Below, piece after piece: positions 58,764 through 64,000 of a stretch of DNA of 64,000 nt. The stretch lies in assembly GCA_035362935.1 (NCBI GenBank), contig DAOSEC010000003.1:26859-90858 (forward strand). The letters run 5' to 3'. Both the position numbers and the translations under genes were made by a program. Origin of the DNA: Bacilli bacterium (GTDB lineage Bacteria; Bacillota_I; Bacilli_A; ML615J-28; CAG-313). Below the pieces are notes generated by a model. It worked only from the letters and a program-made list of their open reading frames with translations. It did no database searches and was not told the DNA's origin. Numbering within the stretch: position 1 is the stretch's first letter; each line of letters starts with the position of its first letter.

Positions 58764-59312
58764 TTATTCTTTGTCTGGGAATATAATTTTTGGTTGCATA
58801 CGCCAAATTACAATTACGACGATTATCGATAATACAATCGATGGTGCCATATACCCGATGTTATAAGCAAGTGATGCAACAAGTCCTGCTCCCCAATACC
58901 ACATTCCGCTTAAGACGTGAAGTATAAACCGAATGAATCCCGCAATAAGCATTGCAACTGACATGTATAAACCTGTTGTGAGTGCTTTGGTTGTAGTTAA
59001 ACGCTTTGATACGATTCCAGCTAATCCTACAGCAGCATAAGCCCCGTAGTAATCAAAAAATGCTTGTATCAAATGCAAGAATCCACCTCCAGCATAAAGA
59101 AGCTGCAACAACCCGATAAGGAAACCGGTTAATAAACCTGCTCCTACCCCTCTACGAAATGCGATCACGAAAACAACAACCATTGCAACACCAATACTTC
59201 CACCATTTGGCCATGCAAAGCCTAGTGTAATTGTTGATAAATAATCCAATATGATTCCAATCGATGACATCATAGCGATTTCAATGATAATTAATAGTTG
59301 CTTGTTTTTCAT
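58764..59312 (-). CDS. thiT: Thiamine ECF transporter S component ThiT
   Basis: Six-TM ThiT-like sequence (WPNGGSIG...) preceded by a TPP riboswitch. Confidence 0.85.
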   Translation of the reverse strand: MKNKQLLIIIEIAMMSSIGIILDYLSTITLGFAWPNGGSIGVAMVVVFVIAFRRGVGAGLLTGFLIGLLQLLYAGGGFLHLIQAFFDYYGAYAAVGLAGIVSKRLTTTKALTTGLYMSVAMLIAGFIRFILHVLSGMWYWGAGLVASLAYNIGYMAPSIVLSIIVVIVIWRMQPKIIFPDKE

Positions 59313-59339
59313 GTTATCACACCCTTTCTTTCTTTATTA

Positions 59340-59447
59340 TATAAGAAAAGGTGTCACAATGTGTTCCCTCCGCTAGCATTACCTAGATCAGGTTCACGGG
59401 TCGTTTTAAAAAACTCTCAGCGATTGCTCCCCGACAACACCTATATT
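59340..59447 (-). promoter_or_regulatory. TPP (THI-box) riboswitch
   Basis: The minus strand reads gtcGGGGAGCaatcgCTGAGAgtt...ACCCgtGAACCTGATCTAGGTAATGCTAGCGGAGGGAA, which matches the conserved THI element. A TATAAT lies just upstream (59446-59451, minus strand). Confidence 0.92.
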
Positions 59448-59483
59448 ATAACATCTTTTACCTATTTCTTCAATCAAATGCAT

Positions 59484-59520
59484 AAAAAAATCCTCCCTAC
59501 GTGAATAGGAAGGATTTTTT
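59484..59520. terminator. Rho-independent terminator after the giant SBP gene
   Basis: atcctcccta / taggaaggat stem with one mismatch, flanked by A7 and T6. Confidence 0.7.
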
Positions 59521-59529
59521 AACTTAGGG

Positions 59530-62500
59530 TTAATTCACTGGTTGGATATTAGCAATTTCTTTTGCCCATCCCCAATAAGTGGATATGTCTATATCACCAA
59601 ATGCTTCGTTGTATAAATCATAATATGCATTTTGATATAGTGGAACCATTGGTAATATTTTTTGTAATCGTAGTTGATATTGATACCAATAGTTTAAATA
59701 TGTGATTTCATCTCCCGGTTCACAGTGTAACAAAAGGGTTGTTAATTCATCAATTGTCAATTCACCTTCCTCAAGTGGAATCATCGGTGAATCTACGGAA
59801 TCTTTTACACCCATTGCATTATACGAAGTATCATAGAAATCACTATGATACGAATAGTATGGTTCACTGCCAACACTCTTACTAACCGCTAAATTAAAAA
59901 TGTGATAATAACGTTGATCGATTGGGTTTTCAAGTGTAGGTTTTAACTCGTATGAATAGTAATAGTGATCTAATAATGAGTCAAAAGACATATAATCGAT
60001 CGTGTACTTCACTCCAGTATGCATAGATGCATATTTAATGTTCCAATCTAGATTATTAGAAACTTCATTATTTGTGGTGGCCAAGTGATTGATTTGCAAT
60101 ACTTCACCACTTGAATTATGTCTAAAATAGTTGAATTGATCATAAGAATTGACATTGATAACTACAGCTTTCGCTGGGTCATACAATGTAATACCATCGG
60201 ATTCATAAATCCATTCTGTTTGATCTAAATAACTATTTGCTACATCAAAATTATGATATCCAATGTGCTCAAGATTGGCAAGTAGTTCTTCTTCCATACT
60301 GAGATACTTCCAATTGTCCATTTCATAATCTCCATATATTGAAGTTCCGTGACCATAAAGTACACTTGAAATGATACTTGTGCTATCAACCATATAAGAG
60401 ATTGCTCTTCGTACCATTGGATCAGCAGTTGGACCAAAGTCGCAATTGAAGGCTAGCATTCCATAGCCACTTCGGTAATATGAAGCATTTGTAATGTTTT
60501 CCAAATTTGTCATATCGTATAGATTATTAATGTAACGAGCATTTCCAAAATAGTCAATATCACCATTCACCAAGTCATCCGTACCATCCACGCTATAGCC
60601 TTGACGAATTACAATTGCATCGAATGTAGGAATCTCTGATAAATAGTTTCCTCTATAATTTGGATTTTTTCTCAAGATAATTTCATTGTTTTCTACATAT
60701 GCTAAAGTATAAGGTCCAGAAAAGCTCAATGGTGTTCTTAAGTAATGATCTTCGGATGTAAATTTCCAAACATTGCTTAATCCCATATGGTTGATTTTTG
60801 AACCATTTTCATCTGATGTAATATTCGTTCCATAAGGAGCGTACATAATGTATGACATCGGAGAAAATGATAAATATTGTGCATCATTAAATCCATACAT
60901 CCACTGGCTATCTAAAGTCACTTCAAAGGTATACTCATCAATGAATCGAATACCTTCAAAATAGACATCTGCCGATGTGATCCATTCACCCGTCATTTCA
61001 TTGATTGGTCTATATGCATCATATCCTAAGAAACCATTCGCTAGTGAGTTCCATCCACCAACACTTTCCATATCAGTAGAAGCAAATAGTAATAATGTAT
61101 ACACATAATCAATTGCTTTTAAACTGAGTCCGTTGGAAAAATATAGATTTGGATTGATTTCTAAACGGAAGACGCGATCTTGAACGGTAGTTTGATCGAC
61201 TACTCTTTCTTTATAATACATATCTTCATAGAAGGTATCTGCGTTGGCTAATACCGTTGGATTAGGAACAACTCTGCCATCTTTTGTTACAACCACTGGT
61301 TCATAGCCATGTAACAATGGCATAATCTCTGTATCTGATGCATTGGTTTGAATGTATGGTAAAAAACTATCAGCTAATAAGCCTTGTCCTACAAAGAATG
61401 TGTTAACTGGATAATTGAATACCCATTTTGCATACAAATGCATAGAATAAGAAGGCATCGTTGTCAGTTCAATTTTATTAATGAATTCTTCACTGTCATA
61501 CCAGCCATCAAACGTAAATTCCATGCGCTCAGGTGTCGGTAGTGTAATAGCTGAACTTGGTTCTTGACTGATTGGATAAACAATGACGTCTTCGGTTAAG
61601 GTATCAAATGTAATTCTAGGTGCATAATTTGAACTCATATAATAAATTTCATCTGCCCAGTTCCAGTATGGTGTTAAATTGAGGTCATTCAACCAATCTG
61701 CATAAAAAACAAATGTTGGTTGAGATACGATAGGAATGTTAGGTAGAAGTGTATTTAATCGTTTCACAACTTGTGCCCATTTTAAGGCATAATCGTAACG
61801 ATTTCCTGGAGTTACTTGAGAATACATATCAAGAAGCATACCAAGGATTTGATCATCGATTCCATATGGTGATTCTACGTCGTATTCAGTCGCATAGTCA
61901 AGAGGTAATCCATACAATCGACTTAATAAAAACATATGATAGTATCGATTTTCACCAAGGTATTCTGGATATGTGTATTGATTGATCATATCAAAAATAC
62001 TAACATAATTTACTTCAAACCCAACACCTGCTAGTCCAAAGTATGCATCAAATTGAGATATCAACAAATCTTCATATGATATACTTGGTACAGCAATGCG
62101 AATGATGAGAGGTTCTCCTTGGTCGTTGTGTCTAACGTATGGGAAGTTAAGATGGGAACCTGAATTTTGAATCTGTGCTTGAACTGGATCAAACAAAGTA
62201 GTTCCATCATATTCATATTTCCAAATAGAATCATCTAAGAGTGCATTTGCCATATCAGCATCAACACTAAAATGAGTTAAATAGTCGTTTAATTGCTCTT
62301 GCATTAATTCATACATCCAAGAGTGAACATTATAAGTACTATCAATAACTTGATTGAGTTCACCGATGATTGGATCAAGAAGTGTTTCACGATCCATTAA
62401 AAATGCGATAGCCGTTCTAACTTTGACATCACTTACTGGACCAAAATCTGGATGTGTAAACAATCCAAAATGTCCATTTCGATAGTAAAATTCTGTTTTC

Positions 62501-64000
62501 ACATTGCTAGTTTCTAGAGATTGGCTATAGTAAGAATACATACCTGTTGCATCTGAGATATCATACGTTCCATCTGCTACTCTTTCAACAGAACCAATTG
62601 GAGATACATGCACATATAACAGGTCAAATTGTGAGGTAAATCCTTCTGGATTTCCGATAAAATAAGGATTGAATTTTAACGTATAGTAACCACCATATGA
62701 ATACAAGATGTATTGTCCACTAACCACATCAGGATTTACACTATAGGTATTAATGTAGTCATCCAATAAATCAAACGCTCCCATAGAGAGTCTTGCTCCA
62801 CTTTCATCAGAAATGATTGTAGTACCTACTGGTGTTATATGACTCATTGGTAGAGGTTTTACATTTATGTATTGGATATCAAAATAATTAGGTAATACAT
62901 GTGATCCTATGGTCAATGAGAATGTATAATCGTCAATCAGTTTTACACCTTCAAATGGAATCATTTCACTTGTTAATCCCATTGGTGTGGCATATGCTTC
63001 ATATCCAACCAAATAATCATACTTGTTCGTGCTTTGATGCAATGCATTTCGATCATAAGAAGCATTCATCAAAATGGCAAACACATAATCTTTGGCCGTA
63101 ATAGCATCACCATTTGACCATTTTAAATTTTGATTGATTGATATCGTGTATGTTTTATTATTTGATTGATCTGTGCTAGATGTGATATCGTCTACTGCCG
63201 TTTCATTGATCAATAATTCACCACCACGAGTGTTCCAAACCGTTTCATAACCAAACAATAGGTCTTGTAAGTATAAGTCACCTTGGTTCGTACTAAACGA
63301 TGGCACAACATAACCCGTACTTGAATTGATTTGTACGGATAATTCTGTTGGTTCTGTTTCATTGATTAACGTTAAATCTTCTAAATTCACCCATAGCAAT
63401 TGTGGTGATGTGAACATAGAAATGATCATGTGTTCAATGCTTACTGCGTCACCAACTTGAACTCCACTTAATAAGTTTTTAATTTCAATATAATCAGGAG
63501 ATATTACTGGGACTCTTACGTCAACAAATCGAATTCCATCTGTTAAAGTAAAATTAAAGGAATCATAATGATTAGGGATAGAAAGATATTCAACATATAA
63601 TTGATTGTAGCTTACCAATTCACTGTAATTTTCAATGAAGAAATCAGCATCAAGCGTTGTACCAATCAATGTTGAAGGAATTGGATTATCCACGCTTTTA
63701 ACATCTAATGTGTATATTTCCTCAATTTCAGGTACATAATAGTACGTTGCTTTTCGTCCAAATACTTCAATGAAATCTCCTTCTACTATTTGACCAAAAA
63801 CATTAAAATCAACACCATAAATTAAAAATGCATCGGTTCCATCTCCAATATAAACCACGTTACCAAGAACCCTTGTAACAACACCTTCGATTCGAATGTC
63901 ATATCCATTTGGCATTGTTTTGGCTAATGCAAGTGAAATTACATCATTTGATGTTTCATTCCATTTAGCGAATAATGTGAAATTGGATGATACCGGACTA
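59530..64000 (-). CDS. Giant surface protein with two tandem family-5 (OppA-like) solute-binding modules and Listeria-Bacteroides-type repeats (5'-partial)
   Basis: The frame stays open upstream of the ATG at 63915 as far as the window edge. Two SBP_bac_5-like cores (NQNLKWSNGDAITAKDYVFAIL and INPNLYFSNGLSLKAIDYVYTLL) are separated by FTFDGWYDSEEF...LYAKW. The N-terminal segment is barrel-like (IRIEGVVTRVLGNVVYIGDG). Confidence 0.7.
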   Translation of the reverse strand, partial: SPVSSNFTLFAKWNETSNDVISLALAKTMPNGYDIRIEGVVTRVLGNVVYIGDGTDAFLIYGVDFNVFGQIVEGDFIEVFGRKATYYYVPEIEEIYTLDVKSVDNPIPSTLIGTTLDADFFIENYSELVSYNQLYVEYLSIPNHYDSFNFTLTDGIRFVDVRVPVISPDYIEIKNLLSGVQVGDAVSIEHMIISMFTSPQLLWVNLEDLTLINETEPTELSVQINSSTGYVVPSFSTNQGDLYLQDLLFGYETVWNTRGGELLINETAVDDITSSTDQSNNKTYTISINQNLKWSNGDAITAKDYVFAILMNASYDRNALHQSTNKYDYLVGYEAYATPMGLTSEMIPFEGVKLIDDYTFSLTIGSHVLPNYFDIQYINVKPLPMSHITPVGTTIISDESGARLSMGAFDLLDDYINTYSVNPDVVSGQYILYSYGGYYTLKFNPYFIGNPEGFTSQFDLLYVHVSPIGSVERVADGTYDISDATGMYSYYSQSLETSNVKTEFYYRNGHFGLFTHPDFGPVSDVKVRTAIAFLMDRETLLDPIIGELNQVIDSTYNVHSWMYELMQEQLNDYLTHFSVDADMANALLDDSIWKYEYDGTTLFDPVQAQIQNSGSHLNFPYVRHNDQGEPLIIRIAVPSISYEDLLISQFDAYFGLAGVGFEVNYVSIFDMINQYTYPEYLGENRYYHMFLLSRLYGLPLDYATEYDVESPYGIDDQILGMLLDMYSQVTPGNRYDYALKWAQVVKRLNTLLPNIPIVSQPTFVFYADWLNDLNLTPYWNWADEIYYMSSNYAPRITFDTLTEDVIVYPISQEPSSAITLPTPERMEFTFDGWYDSEEFINKIELTTMPSYSMHLYAKWVFNYPVNTFFVGQGLLADSFLPYIQTNASDTEIMPLLHGYEPVVVTKDGRVVPNPTVLANADTFYEDMYYKERVVDQTTVQDRVFRLEINPNLYFSNGLSLKAIDYVYTLLLFASTDMESVGGWNSLANGFLGYDAYRPINEMTGEWITSADVYFEGIRFIDEYTFEVTLDSQWMYGFNDAQYLSFSPMSYIMYAPYGTNITSDENGSKINHMGLSNVWKFTSEDHYLRTPLSFSGPYTLAYVENNEIILRKNPNYRGNYLSEIPTFDAIVIRQGYSVDGTDDLVNGDIDYFGNARYINNLYDMTNLENITNASYYRSGYGMLAFNCDFGPTADPMVRRAISYMVDSTSIISSVLYGHGTSIYGDYEMDNWKYLSMEEELLANLEHIGYHNFDVANSYLDQTEWIYESDGITLYDPAKAVVINVNSYDQFNYFRHNSSGEVLQINHLATTNNEVSNNLDWNIKYASMHTGVKYTIDYMSFDSLLDHYYYSYELKPTLENPIDQRYYHIFNLAVSKSVGSEPYYSYHSDFYDTSYNAMGVKDSVDSPMIPLEEGELTIDELTTLLLHCEPGDEITYLNYWYQYQLRLQKILPMVPLYQNAYYDLYNEAFGDIDISTYWGWAKEIANIQPVN

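Overview
AT-rich bacterial chromosome segment read with the standard genetic code: long ORFs contain no in-frame TGA. The gene content looks like a low-GC Bacillota or Acholeplasma-like Mollicute, but I cannot name the species. Most of the window is housekeeping: typA, nadD-nadE, pntAA/AB/B, T-box-valS-folC-radC, ppdK, rplU-prp-rpmA-obg, mutS-mutL-miaA, corA, then on the minus strand deoB, xerD, hemW, speE-speD, lepA and TPP-riboswitch-thiT. The main structural feature is that all confident genes but one between 1 and 48372 are on +, and all genes from 49189 to 64000 are on -. In the 0.8 kb ORF-free gap between them lies a 28-bp sequence that matches the Bacillus-type dif site at 26 of 28 positions, so the window very probably spans the replication terminus. 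Other observations that ordinary annotation does not explain:
- A perfect 27-bp direct repeat that duplicates the 3' end of nadE brackets the 3-kb pnt operon.
- A cobalamin-binding-domain gene and the overlapping PAS-GGDEF gene are both broken, one by a 1-nt frameshift and one by an in-frame TAA.
- An ABC-ATPase-like domain with all catalytic motifs degenerate is fused to an FtsX-type permease.
- A Fic-fold protein with a degenerate active site is translationally coupled to a PHP phosphoesterase next to the terminus.
- Tandem palindromic repeat arrays lie upstream of an ECF sigma gene and of obg.
- A very large surface protein carries two OppA-like solute-binding modules.

I saw no CRISPR array, transposase, prophage, rRNA or tRNA, and no recognisable defence system. 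The candidate 'new system' calls below are hypotheses, not demonstrations.
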